From Deferribacterales bacterium (GTDB taxonomy: Bacteria > Chrysiogenota > Deferribacteres > Deferribacterales > Geovibrionaceae), in the NCBI GenBank assembly GCA_050251875.1, contig JBFWMA010000011.1:1-64000 (forward strand): a stretch of 64,000 nucleotides of DNA, in the 5' to 3' direction. Of the stretch, positions 38,883 through 50,042 are shown in pieces. The notes beneath the pieces were generated by a model. It was not told the origin of the DNA. It saw only the letters and a program-made list of their open reading frames with translations, and made no database searches. The first letter of the stretch is position 1, and the number at the start of each line of letters is the position of its first letter. Both the position numbers and the translations under genes were made by a program.

Positions 38883-39854
38883 ATGCTCACCAAACAAAGC
38901 CTGTACGGAGCGCCGCTGGCTGGGGTAACCACTCCTTCCTTCCGGAATATCGTGCGCCTGTTCTTCGATGGGCTGATATACACAGAGATGATAAGCGTGG
39001 AAGGACTGCGCAGAAACGGTCCCGCCACCATGATCTTTCTGAAAACCAATGAAAACGACAGCCCGCTGGGCGTTCAGCTGTTCGGCAGTAAACCGGACGG
39101 ATACACGGAATCAATTCCCGTGGTGCTGGGAAAACTGACTCCCGCCGTCATAGACATCAACATGGGATGCCCCGTGAAAAAAGTTCTGAAAAGCGGCAGC
39201 GGATGCGCCATGATGAAGGACGAACAGAACATAGCCCGTGTAATCAACGCCGCTAAAAGAGCAGCAGGCGACATACCAGTGACCATCAAGATACGTCTCG
39301 GCTGGGACATGGACAGCATGAACTACAACGAGATAATCAAAATCGCCCATGAAGAGGGAGCCAGCGCTGTAACGCTCCACGGACGTACCAAAGCGGATCA
39401 TTTCTCCGGCACGGTCAGATATGAATATATCGCGGACGCTGTTTCCAGAGCAAAACTGCCGATAATAGGCAACGGCGACGTCATAGACATGGAAACCTAC
39501 GACAATATGCTGAAAACCGGTGTAAACGGCGTGATGATAGGCAGGGGAATGATGAAAAAACCCTGGATATTCGAAGCCCTGCTGAACGAAACAGACCCCG
39601 ACACATACCTCCAGGCGGACAGGCTGAAAGAGCTGGTCTATAAGATAATGGATCTGGAAATGGCAAACGCCAGAGGCAGCAGATATCTGGACGTATCAAA
39701 GAAATACATCGTATGGATGATGAAGGGACTGCCGGGCGCCGCCAGTCTGCGCAGCCAGATATACGCCTGTCAGGACAGAGCGGAGCTCGATGACATGATC
39801 GAGGATTTCTTTAATAGTATAAAAGATATTCAGACAGATCAGAGTTCAGAATAG
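38883..39854 (+). CDS. dusB: tRNA-dihydrouridine synthase (DusB-like)
   Basis: APLAG, QLFG, DINMGCP, KIRLGW, HGRT, GNGD. Confidence 0.9.
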   Translation: MLTKQSLYGAPLAGVTTPSFRNIVRLFFDGLIYTEMISVEGLRRNGPATMIFLKTNENDSPLGVQLFGSKPDGYTESIPVVLGKLTPAVIDINMGCPVKKVLKSGSGCAMMKDEQNIARVINAAKRAAGDIPVTIKIRLGWDMDSMNYNEIIKIAHEEGASAVTLHGRTKADHFSGTVRYEYIADAVSRAKLPIIGNGDVIDMETYDNMLKTGVNGVMIGRGMMKKPWIFEALLNETDPDTYLQADRLKELVYKIMDLEMANARGSRYLDVSKKYIVWMMKGLPGAASLRSQIYACQDRAELDDMIEDFFNSIKDIQTDQSSE

Positions 39855-40971
39855 CTTTCAGCTCGTCTGAATCCTCGCCGTCTACCTCCACAAACAGAAA
39901 GCAGAAAACGCCGTATTTCACGAAATCCGTCTCTCTGATCTCCAACACCCTGCTGAATGATCTTTTCAGCTTTTCATAATCGAATCCCAGAAGTTTGCTG
40001 TCGTCTATTGCCGGGCTCTTCTCCACCACCACCAGAGCGTATGTTCTGCCCTGATGCTCCTTCTCCACTTCGTCCCAATCCACATGAACATTATCGGCGA
40101 AATATTCGTATGTGTTGATGCCATAGGCATAGTAGGCGATGTCTGTACAGCACCACCCGGCGAAACGCAGTGGGTTCAGCTCGATAGGAACCACACGTCC
40201 CTGACTGTCGATGCGCACCTCTATGTGAAAAGGATAGTTCTTCAGCAGAGCCAGTCTGCCCAGCGACACCAGAAATTTTCTGACTTTTTCGGATATCTCT
40301 TTGATAATGCTGACGGATGTAATATATACCCTGTCTGAAACGTCCTCCGCTCCGGCGAAGTTATGCTTCAGCACATCCAGTATCACGGGGTCGCCGGATG
40401 CGTTATAATAGGCGTCTATGGCGTATTCAGTTCCCTCTATCACCTCTTCGATGATGAAGCTGTGGGAGTTCAGCACGTCTTCGGGATAATAATCCTTGAT
40501 CTTCTCCACGTCCGAAATGACTCTGGGGCGGATGGTTTTCCACGCCTTCTCATCATGGACATAGTAAACGCCCAGACTGAAAAAACCCACGGCGGGCTTG
40601 ATGATAAAAGGATATTTCAGGTCTTTCGAGCTGAGATGCTGTATCTGGTCGAACATGACCTCCTGATAATAAAAATCAGGATACATCCCGCTTAAAAGGT
40701 CTCTGAACTTCACCTTGTTTTTGAACAGGTCTGTCTTTTCGACTATATCGGAAAACGCCAGATTTTCATTGATCCATGTGATGGCGTTCTCAGAGTTGGA
40801 ATAGAGCATGGGTCTGCTGCGGAAACGGTCGGCGAATCTGGCCGGACTCAGCATGTTAAAGCTGTCATCGCACAGCTCTCTGGCTGTCTCGTTTTCCAGA
40901 AGCGGATAACCGTGTCTCTTCACAGTGTCCAGAAGAAGTTTGGACACAAAAGGCTTGTCGAATATAAACAT
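39811..40971 (-). CDS. ATP-grasp domain protein
   Basis: PFIIKPAVGFFSLGV, IIEEVIEGTEYAID, HIEVR, IELNPLRFAG. Confidence 0.85.
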   Translation of the reverse strand: MFIFDKPFVSKLLLDTVKRHGYPLLENETARELCDDSFNMLSPARFADRFRSRPMLYSNSENAITWINENLAFSDIVEKTDLFKNKVKFRDLLSGMYPDFYYQEVMFDQIQHLSSKDLKYPFIIKPAVGFFSLGVYYVHDEKAWKTIRPRVISDVEKIKDYYPEDVLNSHSFIIEEVIEGTEYAIDAYYNASGDPVILDVLKHNFAGAEDVSDRVYITSVSIIKEISEKVRKFLVSLGRLALLKNYPFHIEVRIDSQGRVVPIELNPLRFAGWCCTDIAYYAYGINTYEYFADNVHVDWDEVEKEHQGRTYALVVVEKSPAIDDSKLLGFDYEKLKRSFSRVLEIRETDFVKYGVFCFLFVEVDGEDSDELKAILNSDLSEYLLYY

Positions 40972-40972
40972 T

Positions 40973-43093
40973 TCAGATCCTCATGCTGAGGGACAACCGC
41001 CCTCTGTCTTTGTCTATGGACAGAACTTTTGTTTTAACTATCTGCCCTACTTTCACAACCTCGGAAGGGTCTTTTACAAATCTGTCGGCGAGCTGAGATA
41101 TATGCACCAGCCCGTCATTTTTCAGCCCCACATCCACGAACGCTCCGAAATCAAGAACGTTGCTGATCTTTCCGGTGAGGATATCCCCCACGTTCAGCTC
41201 GTCTATGCTCAGAATACCTTTTTTGAATATCACCGGGTCTACGTTGTCCCGGATATCCCTGTCCGGTTTTTCGAGGTTTTCCAGAATATCTTTCAGGGTG
41301 AATTCACCAATGCCCAGCTTAGACGCTATGGCGGAGGTATCTTTTCCCTTCACTGCCAGCTTCACCATTTCGCATTTGTCCACGGAAAGGTTCATGGCGG
41401 TCAGAAACGCATGCACAGCGCCGTAGCTCTCCGGGTGGATGAACATGCTGTCCAGCTTCTCTTTTCCGCCGTATATCTTTAAGAATCCGGCGGACTGCTT
41501 ATAGGTCTGTTCACCTACTCCGTCCACCTTCATCAGCTCTTCTCTGGATGAGAAGCGCCCGATGGTATCTCTGAATTTTACTATTTTTTCTGCCAGTGAC
41601 GCTGTGAGTCCGGAAACATATGTCAGAAGTGAGGCGCTGGCGGTGTTCAGATCCACACCTACATTATTCACCACATCTTCCACCACGTCTGTCAGAGTTT
41701 TATCAAGTTTTTTACCCTGAACATCGTGCTGATACATTCCCACGCCGATGGACTTAGGGTCGATCTTCACCAGCTCCGCCAGAGGATCGATAACACGTCT
41801 GGCTATGGATATGGCGCCCCGGATGGAAACGTCCAGCTCCGGAAATTCTTTCTTAGCCACGTCAGAAGCGGAATAAACACTGGCTCCCGCCTCGCTGACG
41901 ATGGTGTATTTTATATCCAGCCCGTCACGGCTGATAACACCCGCCACGAACTCCTCTGTCTCTCTGCTGGCTGTTCCGTTGCCGATGGCGCAGGCGTTCA
42001 CTCCGTATTCCTTCACCAGTTTCAGAAGGGTCTTGCGGCTGCCCTCCACATCTTCCTGCGGCTTGGTGGGATACATCACGCCGTATGTCAGCAGGTTTCC
42101 GGTGGCGTCCACCACAGCGTATTTACATCCTGTGCGGAATGCGGGGTCTATGCCTATTATCACGTTGTTGCGCACGGTGGGGGTCATCAGCAGGTTCTTC
42201 AGGTTAGAGGCAAAAACATCTATCGCTTTCAGCTCGCCCTTCTCTTTCAGCTCGGCTCTGAATTCCAGCTCCAGAGAGAGCTCTATCATCTTTTTAAAAG
42301 CCTGACGACAGCATTTCACAACCACATCGTTCAGCACTGCGCCCTTATCTGCCGTGATCTTCTGCACGGCGTTGAGGCACATCTCCTCGTCTATGCTCAT
42401 CTTCAGCTTAAGAATCTTCTCTCGTTCGCCACGGAATATAGCCAGAACCCTGTGGGGCGGTATGTCGGCTATCTTCTGGTCGAAGTCATAGTAATCCTCG
42501 TATGGGTTGCGCTCGTTGCTCTCCGTCTTTTTGGATGATTCCAGAACGGCGAACTGGGAGTACAGCTCACGGATGCGGTTTTTCACATCCACATCATGCC
42601 CAATCTCTTCTGTTATTATGTCGGATGCCATGCTGACCGCCGTCTGGGCGTCCGCCACAGCCTCGCAGACATATTTCGCCGCCTCGGCGTCCAGAGAGGA
42701 CAGATCGGCGGCTGAGCGGATATAAACAGCCAGAGGCTCCAGCCCGGCTTCCCTGGCTATATCCCCTTTGGTCTTCTTTTTGGTTTTATATGGTTCGTAA
42801 AGGTCTTCCACCTCTTTCAGGGTGGCTGCCTTCAGTATGCGGTTTTTCAGCTCATCGGTCAGCTTGCCCCTTTCGTCTATGGCGGCGATGACCTCTTCCT
42901 TGCGCTTTTTAAGGTTTTCCAGATATTCGTAACGCTCGATGATGTTTCTGATATCTTCAGCGTCCATGTTGCCCGTCTGTTCCTTGCGGTATCTGGCTAT
43001 GAAGGGAACAGTGTTGCCATCCAGAAACAGATTGATTACGCTGTCTATATGATTTCTGTTAAAAGAAAATTCCTGATAAAGGCTGTCTCTCAT
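40973..43093 (-). CDS. tex: Tex family transcription accessory protein (S1 domain)
   Basis: GNTVPFIARYRKE, IDPAFRTGCK, SEAGASVYSAS, FGAFVDVG. Confidence 0.96.
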   Translation of the reverse strand: MRDSLYQEFSFNRNHIDSVINLFLDGNTVPFIARYRKEQTGNMDAEDIRNIIERYEYLENLKKRKEEVIAAIDERGKLTDELKNRILKAATLKEVEDLYEPYKTKKKTKGDIAREAGLEPLAVYIRSAADLSSLDAEAAKYVCEAVADAQTAVSMASDIITEEIGHDVDVKNRIRELYSQFAVLESSKKTESNERNPYEDYYDFDQKIADIPPHRVLAIFRGEREKILKLKMSIDEEMCLNAVQKITADKGAVLNDVVVKCCRQAFKKMIELSLELEFRAELKEKGELKAIDVFASNLKNLLMTPTVRNNVIIGIDPAFRTGCKYAVVDATGNLLTYGVMYPTKPQEDVEGSRKTLLKLVKEYGVNACAIGNGTASRETEEFVAGVISRDGLDIKYTIVSEAGASVYSASDVAKKEFPELDVSIRGAISIARRVIDPLAELVKIDPKSIGVGMYQHDVQGKKLDKTLTDVVEDVVNNVGVDLNTASASLLTYVSGLTASLAEKIVKFRDTIGRFSSREELMKVDGVGEQTYKQSAGFLKIYGGKEKLDSMFIHPESYGAVHAFLTAMNLSVDKCEMVKLAVKGKDTSAIASKLGIGEFTLKDILENLEKPDRDIRDNVDPVIFKKGILSIDELNVGDILTGKISNVLDFGAFVDVGLKNDGLVHISQLADRFVKDPSEVVKVGQIVKTKVLSIDKDRGRLSLSMRI

Positions 43094-43210
43094 TAAATCA
43101 CCTGAAAAATTTTTATGACATCAGATTTTACATGATTGACGATTTCAGGACAAGGCATTTCCGATTAATTCGTACACAAAAAAAAGGCGGTCCGAAGACC
43201 GCCGTAAAGA

Positions 43211-44887
43211 TTATATTTTGAACTGCCCCATGATGCCCATAAGCTCTTCCGACTGACGTTCCAGATCGGATACCGTTTTGCTGATCTCCGCCAGAGCGTG
43301 CGAGCTCTGCTCGATGCCGGCTGATATGGTCTGAGCGTTGTCGTTTATGTTGTCTATCGCCTGAACCTGCTCTTTTATAGATGTCTCTATCACATTGTTC
43401 ATATCGCTCATCTGTGATACGGATGTCACGATTCTGTCGAAGAATGTGGATGTAGTCATCATGGTTTTCACGCCGGAATCAACCTGTGTCAGAGCTACCC
43501 CCATGTCTTGAGAAGCACGGGAGGATTCTTTCTGAAGGTTGTTGATAATAGAGCCTATCTCGCCTGTGGCGCTCTGTGTGCGCTCGGCCAGCTTACGAAC
43601 CTCGTCAGCTACCACAGCAAAACCTCTGCCGTGCTCGCCGGCTCTTGCCGCCTCGATAGCGGCGTTCAGCGCCAGAAGGTTGGTCTGGTCTGCGATGTCG
43701 CTGATAACATTCAGAATCTCGTTAATCTCCTGAGATGAATCCGCCAGACTCTGGATAGTAGTACCCAGCTGATCCACTCTGTCTTTGATCTCCTGAATCT
43801 CGCCCACAGCCTTCTGAAGCATCTTGCTTCCCTCCATGGTGCTGGAAGATGTCTCTCCGGCTACCTTACTGCTGTGTGCCAGATTATCCATTATCAGAGA
43901 GGAGGATGTGCTCATCTCTTCTGTGGCGGAAGCCACGCCGGAGACCTGAGACGACTGATCGCTCATAGTGGTGGAGAGCTCTTCTGTGGCGGCGGCGAGC
44001 TCGGTGCTGCCGGACGCTACTGAGTGGGCGTTCGCCTGAACTGTCGCCACTATGTCTCTCAGCTTCGCTATGAAAAGGTTGAAATATTCGGACATTCTGC
44101 CGACTTCATCGTGAGATGTCACGGGGAGTTTTTTCGTGAGGTCGCCCTCGCCTGCTGATATCTCTTTCAGCATCTCAGCAGCGGTTACCACGCCTTTTGT
44201 GATTTTTGAAACAAAGAACAGAGTGACGATAACAGATACAACTACTATTACCACAGAGAGTATCAGTATAAAGATCGTAATATTTCTGATTTTGGCGGCG
44301 GAACTGAGTCTTATCTCTTCCACAGCCGCATCTATGTCATCAATATAAAATCCGGCTCCTATCATCCAGTTCAGCTTATCAACGCTGACAGCGTAAGTCA
44401 GTTTAGGAACTTCATTATCATTAGGAGGTTTTTTCCAGATATACTGAAGATATCCGCCCCCTTTTTTTGCTATATTGATCATATCTTTGACAAAGTAGAC
44501 ACCGTTCTTATCATGGAGATCGCTCATGTCCACTCCAACGTCCTGCGGTCTTGCTTTTGACGCCAGGTTTATGGCATTGTAGTCGAAAGCGAATATATAC
44601 CCGCTTTCTCCGAACTGCATATTAGCAACCATATCCACGGCAGCAGCAGCAGCGTCTTCAAGATTATCCGAACGGTTTACAATACCGTCAATGGATGTTC
44701 TTGCCACATCCACAATTTCCTTAAGTTCAATTTCTTTGCTCTTCATCAGCTCTTTTCTGGCTAACTCAATCTCCTGAGCCGCAGAATTGCGCATCTGTAA
44801 TACTACAGAAGAAGAAATTATTAAAGCGACTAGTAAAATAGGAATAATAACGAGAGAAAGAATCTTTGCCTTGATAGACTTAAACAT
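43211..44887 (-). CDS. Methyl-accepting chemotaxis protein (sCache_2-like sensor, HAMP)
   Basis: Two TM segments, [50 protein letters not shown]. Confidence 0.95.
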   Translation of the reverse strand: MFKSIKAKILSLVIIPILLVALIISSSVVLQMRNSAAQEIELARKELMKSKEIELKEIVDVARTSIDGIVNRSDNLEDAAAAAVDMVANMQFGESGYIFAFDYNAINLASKARPQDVGVDMSDLHDKNGVYFVKDMINIAKKGGGYLQYIWKKPPNDNEVPKLTYAVSVDKLNWMIGAGFYIDDIDAAVEEIRLSSAAKIRNITIFILILSVVIVVVSVIVTLFFVSKITKGVVTAAEMLKEISAGEGDLTKKLPVTSHDEVGRMSEYFNLFIAKLRDIVATVQANAHSVASGSTELAAATEELSTTMSDQSSQVSGVASATEEMSTSSSLIMDNLAHSSKVAGETSSSTMEGSKMLQKAVGEIQEIKDRVDQLGTTIQSLADSSQEINEILNVISDIADQTNLLALNAAIEAARAGEHGRGFAVVADEVRKLAERTQSATGEIGSIINNLQKESSRASQDMGVALTQVDSGVKTMMTTSTFFDRIVTSVSQMSDMNNVIETSIKEQVQAIDNINDNAQTISAGIEQSSHALAEISKTVSDLERQSEELMGIMGQFKI

Positions 44888-45197
44888 AGCAAAACCCCTT
44901 TTAATACATAATCACGACCACTAACATTTTGTGTTTTGAATAACAACAGCTCATAACTTGTTTCTTACCTTGTTAACCGCACCATGCCGCACTATATCTT
45001 CACAACTTTCACATATTTTACCCCTTTTTCAATGAAAATTAAAGTAAATCTCACGTTAAGAGTCTTTTTTATTAGATTTTATTATTACACTGGAAGTGTT
45101 TGCGAAAGAAGCACTTGTTACCGAAATGTGTTAACCGCAGATAGTAAAGCTAAAAACTGATTAATAAAAAAGGCGGTCAATGACCGCCTTTAAATAA

Positions 45198-46874
45198 TTA
45201 TATCTTAAACTGCCCCATGATTACCATGAGCTCTTCCGACTGACGTTCCAGATCGGATACCGTTTTGCTGATCTCCGCCAGAGCGTGCGAGCTCTGCTCG
45301 ATGCCGGCTGATATGGTCTGAGAATTATCGTTGATGTTGTCTATCGCCTGCACCTGCTCTCTGATAGACGTTTCGATCACATTGTTCATATCGCTCATCT
45401 GCGATACGGATTCAACTATCTTGTCAAAGAATGTGGATGTAGTCATCATGGTTTTAACACCGGAATCAACCTGTGTCAGAGCGACACCCATGTCGTCTGA
45501 TGCTCTGGCTGATTCTTTCTGAAGGTTGTTGATGATAGAGCCTATCTCGCCTGTGGCGCTCTGTGTGCGCTCGGCCAGCTTACGAACCTCGTCAGCTACC
45601 ACAGCGAATCCTCTGCCGTGCTCGCCGGCTCTTGCAGCCTCGATAGCGGCGTTCAGCGCCAGAAGGTTGGTCTGGTCTGCGATATCGCTGATAACATTCA
45701 GAATCTCGTTAATCTCCTGAGAAGAATCCGCCAGACTCTGGATGGTAGTACCCAGCTGATCCACTCTGTCTTTTATCTCCTGAATCTCGCCCACAGCCTT
45801 TTGCAGCATCTTGCTTCCCTCTATGGTGCTGGAAGATGTCTCTCCGGCTACCTTACTGCTGTGTTCCAGGTTTTCTGTGATGAGAGCGGATGAGACGCTC
45901 ATCTCTTCTGTGGCGGAAGCCACGCCGGAGACCTGAGACGACTGATCGCTCATAGTGGTGGAGAGCTCTTCTGTGGCGGCGGCGAGCTCGGTGCTGCCGG
46001 ACGCTACAGAGTGGGCGTTCGCCTGAACTGTCGCCACAATGTCTCTCAGCTTTTCTATGAAAAGGTTGAAATATTCAGACATTCTGCCGACTTCATCGTG
46101 AGATGTCACGGGCAGTTTTTTCGTGAGGTCGCCCTCACCTGCTGATATCTCTTTCAGCATGTCAGCCGCTGTTACCACGCCTTTCGTGATTTTTGAAACG
46201 AAGAACAGAGTCGCCGCAATGGAAACAGCGACAACTACAACAGCGAGTATCAATATAAAAATTGTGATATTTCTGATCTTCGCAGCCGAATTAAGCCTGA
46301 TCTGCTCTATGGCTGCCTCTATGTCATCTACATAAAATCCTGTTCCGATCATCCAGCCCAGTTTGTCCACTCCGTCAGCATAGCTGAGCTTCGGAGCGAG
46401 TTTGTTGCTGGGCGGTTTCTGCCAGATATATTTCACATATCCGCCGCCTTTTTTCGCCGCCTCTATCAGTTCCTGAGTGAAACGGACTCCGTTGTCGTCC
46501 TTCAGGTCGATCATGTTTTTGCCTATGTTGTCTCCGCCGGTTCTGGATGCCATCAGAACACCGTCATAGCTGTAGGCGAATATATAGCCGTCTTCACCGA
46601 ACTTCATGCTGTTAACCATAGCCTCGGCGGAAGCCAGAGCGTCTTCGGGTGTTGCCGCTTTTTCCACTATGGCGTCCAGAGATGTTTTTGCCACATCCAC
46701 TATCTCTTTAAGCTCGGCTTCTTTGCTTTTCATCAGATCGTTTCTGGCTAGCTCAATTTCCTGAGCAGCGGAACTGCGCATCTGCACAATAACCGAAACA
46801 GAAATAATAATTGTAACCAGCAGGACGGGAACAATTACTAAGGTAAGAATTTTCGTTTTGATTGATTTCAACAT
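45198..46874 (-). CDS. Methyl-accepting chemotaxis protein, tandem paralog
   Basis: Same architecture; cytoplasmic half nearly identical to 43211-44887; ATG 46874 aligns with the paralog start. Confidence 0.95.
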   Translation of the reverse strand: MLKSIKTKILTLVIVPVLLVTIIISVSVIVQMRSSAAQEIELARNDLMKSKEAELKEIVDVAKTSLDAIVEKAATPEDALASAEAMVNSMKFGEDGYIFAYSYDGVLMASRTGGDNIGKNMIDLKDDNGVRFTQELIEAAKKGGGYVKYIWQKPPSNKLAPKLSYADGVDKLGWMIGTGFYVDDIEAAIEQIRLNSAAKIRNITIFILILAVVVVAVSIAATLFFVSKITKGVVTAADMLKEISAGEGDLTKKLPVTSHDEVGRMSEYFNLFIEKLRDIVATVQANAHSVASGSTELAAATEELSTTMSDQSSQVSGVASATEEMSVSSALITENLEHSSKVAGETSSSTIEGSKMLQKAVGEIQEIKDRVDQLGTTIQSLADSSQEINEILNVISDIADQTNLLALNAAIEAARAGEHGRGFAVVADEVRKLAERTQSATGEIGSIINNLQKESARASDDMGVALTQVDSGVKTMMTTSTFFDKIVESVSQMSDMNNVIETSIREQVQAIDNINDNSQTISAGIEQSSHALAEISKTVSDLERQSEELMVIMGQFKI

Positions 46875-47189
46875 AAACCACCCCAAATATAAAGGTTCAC
46901 AATTGTGTCTATATTTTAAAAATATGAAACTTAGTTAAAAAAGCAAACTAAATTTAATAGTTTAATTTCCATTTATTATCAAGAGCTAATACATATTAGA
47001 CCCTGACTATATATATTTTAAACACAATAAAACGAGAAAAAAAGCCTAATTTAATATAATAAACTTCATAATACTAAAATCATAATTTATAGCTAACTTA
47101 TCAATAAAATCAAGAATTATGAATAGTGATATTTACAATTTAGTTATCATTGCATATATTTAATTATTAATAACGGCAGGGGGCTTCTG

Positions 47190-47645
47190 ATGAAAAGATT
47201 TATTCTGTTTACTGTGCTTATGTTCTCATTGGCTTTCGCCGCTCACGCTGAAATGTCTAAAGGACAGACGGTATACGTCCCGGTCTATTCACACATATAC
47301 ACTGGCGACAGAGAGCGCCCATTCCTCCTGACAGCCACCGTCAGCATCAGAAACACAGATATGTCATCCCCCGTCACCATAATATCCGCCGACTACTATG
47401 ACTCAGACGGTCAGAAGATAGCCGAATACGCTCCCAAATCCGTGACGCTGAAACCTCTCACCGCTGTCAGATTCGTCATAAAAGAATCAGACAAACAGGG
47501 CGGCTCCGGAGCCAGTGTCATCGTCCGCTGGACAGCGAAAAACTCTGTTTCCGCTCCTCTGATCGAATCCGTGATGATTGGCGCTCAGAACCAGCAGGGA
47601 ATCTCATTCACATCCAGAGGCAAGGTCATTCTGGAATCTAAATAA
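47190..47645 (+). CDS. DUF3124-like exported protein
   Basis: Signal peptide, GQTVYVPVYSHIY, LTATVSIRNTD, GGSGAS. Confidence 0.75.
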   Translation: MKRFILFTVLMFSLAFAAHAEMSKGQTVYVPVYSHIYTGDRERPFLLTATVSIRNTDMSSPVTIISADYYDSDGQKIAEYAPKSVTLKPLTAVRFVIKESDKQGGSGASVIVRWTAKNSVSAPLIESVMIGAQNQQGISFTSRGKVILESK

Positions 47646-47708
47646 GACCCATTGCGTCCTTTTATACTCCTCCTATATTAATGTCATATCAATACAGCGG
47701 GGATCATC

Positions 47709-48182
47709 ATGAAAACGATAACATATATAATAACAGCGCTGATGCTGATGACATCGGCGTTATACGCCGAACCATCCTCCCTTAAAGGGCTCAACACAGC
47801 GAAATTTGTAGTCGATCTTAATCAGGGCAGCGGACAGCTTCTGGCTCTGCGTCTCAGGCTCATCATGGAAACCATGGACAACATAGCTCAGAGCGATGTG
47901 AAACCGGACACAGTGGTGGCTGTGCGCGGGCAGGCATCCCGGTTTATGACTGTGGGAGACAGATATCTGAACGAAGAGGACAGACAGACCAGACACGAGA
48001 TACAGGCTCTGGTGGCTGAGCTGAAAAAGAGAGGAGCGAGGCTGGAACAATGCGCCATCGCGCTGAGACTTCTTAAAATAGACCCGGCGGACATAGACCC
48101 AGACCTGACAGTGGTTCAGAACGGATATGTTTCTCTGATCGGATACCAGAATCAGGGATACGCTATGCTGCCGATGGAATAG
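47709..48182 (+). CDS. Exported DsrE-like protein
   Basis: Signal peptide, EQCAIAL, VVQNGYVSLIGYQNQGYA. Confidence 0.72.
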   Translation: MKTITYIITALMLMTSALYAEPSSLKGLNTAKFVVDLNQGSGQLLALRLRLIMETMDNIAQSDVKPDTVVAVRGQASRFMTVGDRYLNEEDRQTRHEIQALVAELKKRGARLEQCAIALRLLKIDPADIDPDLTVVQNGYVSLIGYQNQGYAMLPME

Positions 48183-48292
48183 CTGGACTTTCTGCGGCGG
48201 CAGGTTTAATATACCCTAAAGTTAAAAATGCTAAGTATACTGAAAACCGCAACAACATTAGTTAGCTTAACAAATAAATTTAAGGGTATTCA

Positions 48293-49510
48293 ATGGAACC
48301 TGCCGCCCCTAAAGGAAATTTCTATTACGGATGGGTAATAGTGCTCATCGGGTTCTTCACCGTGTTCACTTCTCTCGGGCTGGCACGGTTCGCCTACGGC
48401 ATGCTGATACCCTCCATGCGGCAGGGGCTCGGGCTGTCATACGACAGCGCGGGGTTCATCAGCTCCTCCAACTTCGCCGGATATCTCGCCTCTGTGGCTC
48501 TCGCCCCATACATCATAAAGAAACTGAAACCCAGACTGGCTATTTCGCTCGGTCTGCTCATCATAGCCGTATGCATGATTATGATCTCCTCCGCTCACTC
48601 CCCCGGAACCATCGCCTTCTTATACGCTCTGACAGGCGCCGGAAGCGGACTGGCGAATATCATCATCATGGTGCTGATATCACACTGGTTTCTGAGAAGC
48701 AAAAGGGGCAAAGCCGCCGGACTTATGGTGACCGGAAACGGTGTCGCCATCATCAGCGCCGGCTATTTCGTCCCGTTTATCAATTCTATATACGGCTCTG
48801 AGGGCTGGCGTTCCGCCTGGTTTGTGATGGGTATCATCACTCTGGCGGTCAGTCTGTCGGCGGTGATCTTTCTGCGCAACTCGCCGGAGGACATGGGGCT
48901 TATGCCCATAGGACACGGCGCTCCGGAGCAGAAGAACCCTGACAAAAAAGCAGGAACGGCGAAGCTCCTGTTGGCGCTCGGTCTGCTCTATTTCATCTTC
49001 GGCGCCACATACGTCATCTACGGGACTTTCATCGTCTCATCCATAATAAACGACTACGGACTGTCCGAATCCACCGCTGGCATGTTCTGGTCTTTCGTGG
49101 GATTTTTCGGTCTGTTTTCCGGAATAGGATTCGGCATGTTCTCCGACAGAGCCGGCAGAAAGAAGGGTCTGGCGGTTGTTTTCGCCGTTCAGACGGCGGC
49201 ATATCTGCTCGCCGGGTCACAGGTGTCGAATATCACTCTCGGGCTCTCCGTTTTTTTCTACGGCATAGCCGCCTTCTCCATCCCCACCATAATGGCGGCG
49301 GCGGTGGGCGACTATTTCGGCACGGCGAAAGCCGCTGTTTCGTTCAGCATTATCACATTTTTCTTCGCCGCCGGACAGACGGGAGGACCCTCTCTGGCTG
49401 GAATTCTGGCGGAACATTCCGGCTCTTTCTCAGGCAGTTATCTGCTGAGCGGGGCGCTCACTGCGTGCGGCGTTGCTGTCGCTCTGTTTCTTCCGCCGCC
49501 GAACGCCTAA
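48293..49510 (+). CDS. MFS transporter (YbfB/YjiJ-like)
   Basis: GLARFAYG.LIP.M, SDRAGRK; about 12 hydrophobic segments. Confidence 0.88.
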   Translation: MEPAAPKGNFYYGWVIVLIGFFTVFTSLGLARFAYGMLIPSMRQGLGLSYDSAGFISSSNFAGYLASVALAPYIIKKLKPRLAISLGLLIIAVCMIMISSAHSPGTIAFLYALTGAGSGLANIIIMVLISHWFLRSKRGKAAGLMVTGNGVAIISAGYFVPFINSIYGSEGWRSAWFVMGIITLAVSLSAVIFLRNSPEDMGLMPIGHGAPEQKNPDKKAGTAKLLLALGLLYFIFGATYVIYGTFIVSSIINDYGLSESTAGMFWSFVGFFGLFSGIGFGMFSDRAGRKKGLAVVFAVQTAAYLLAGSQVSNITLGLSVFFYGIAAFSIPTIMAAAVGDYFGTAKAAVSFSIITFFFAAGQTGGPSLAGILAEHSGSFSGSYLLSGALTACGVAVALFLPPPNA

Positions 49511-49601
49511 AATACGCCTGAAAATTGGCGATAAGTGTAAATCTATAGTTTCTGTTTTTGGTTAATTATGATATCATGCTCTAAATTTCAGGGGTGCGGG
49601 A

Positions 49602-50030
49602 ATGAAGAAATCAGTCATTATTATTTTAGTCGCATTATTTGTCACAGGGATTATTTATTATGCTATGAAACCATCAGGAAACACCGGACAGGATGAGCCT
49701 CTTTCACAGACTCTGATAGATTCCGGAATCAAAATAATAGATATCCGAACCAAGCCCGAATGGATTCAGACAGGAATCGTTCAGGGAGCGTACACTCTCA
49801 CTTTTTTTGATGAGAGGGGCGGATACAACGTTTCAGAGTTCACAGATCAGCTAAGCCGTATAGTGACAAAAGACGAGAAATTCGCCATAGTCTGCCGCAC
49901 GGGCAACCGGACATCTATGGCTGTCAAAATACTCCGTGAGCAGGGTTACAAAAACGTGATCGATATTCTGGGCGGGGTAAAACTCGGCGCTCAGAATGGA
50001 ATCAATCTTACTCCATACACCGAAGGATAA
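49602..50030 (+). CDS. Rhodanese-like protein with N-terminal anchor
   Basis: IDIRTKPEW..G, IVCRTGNRT, GG. Confidence 0.85.
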   Translation: MKKSVIIILVALFVTGIIYYAMKPSGNTGQDEPLSQTLIDSGIKIIDIRTKPEWIQTGIVQGAYTLTFFDERGGYNVSEFTDQLSRIVTKDEKFAIVCRTGNRTSMAVKILREQGYKNVIDILGGVKLGAQNGINLTPYTEG

Positions 50031-50042
50031 AAGAGGCGGGGC

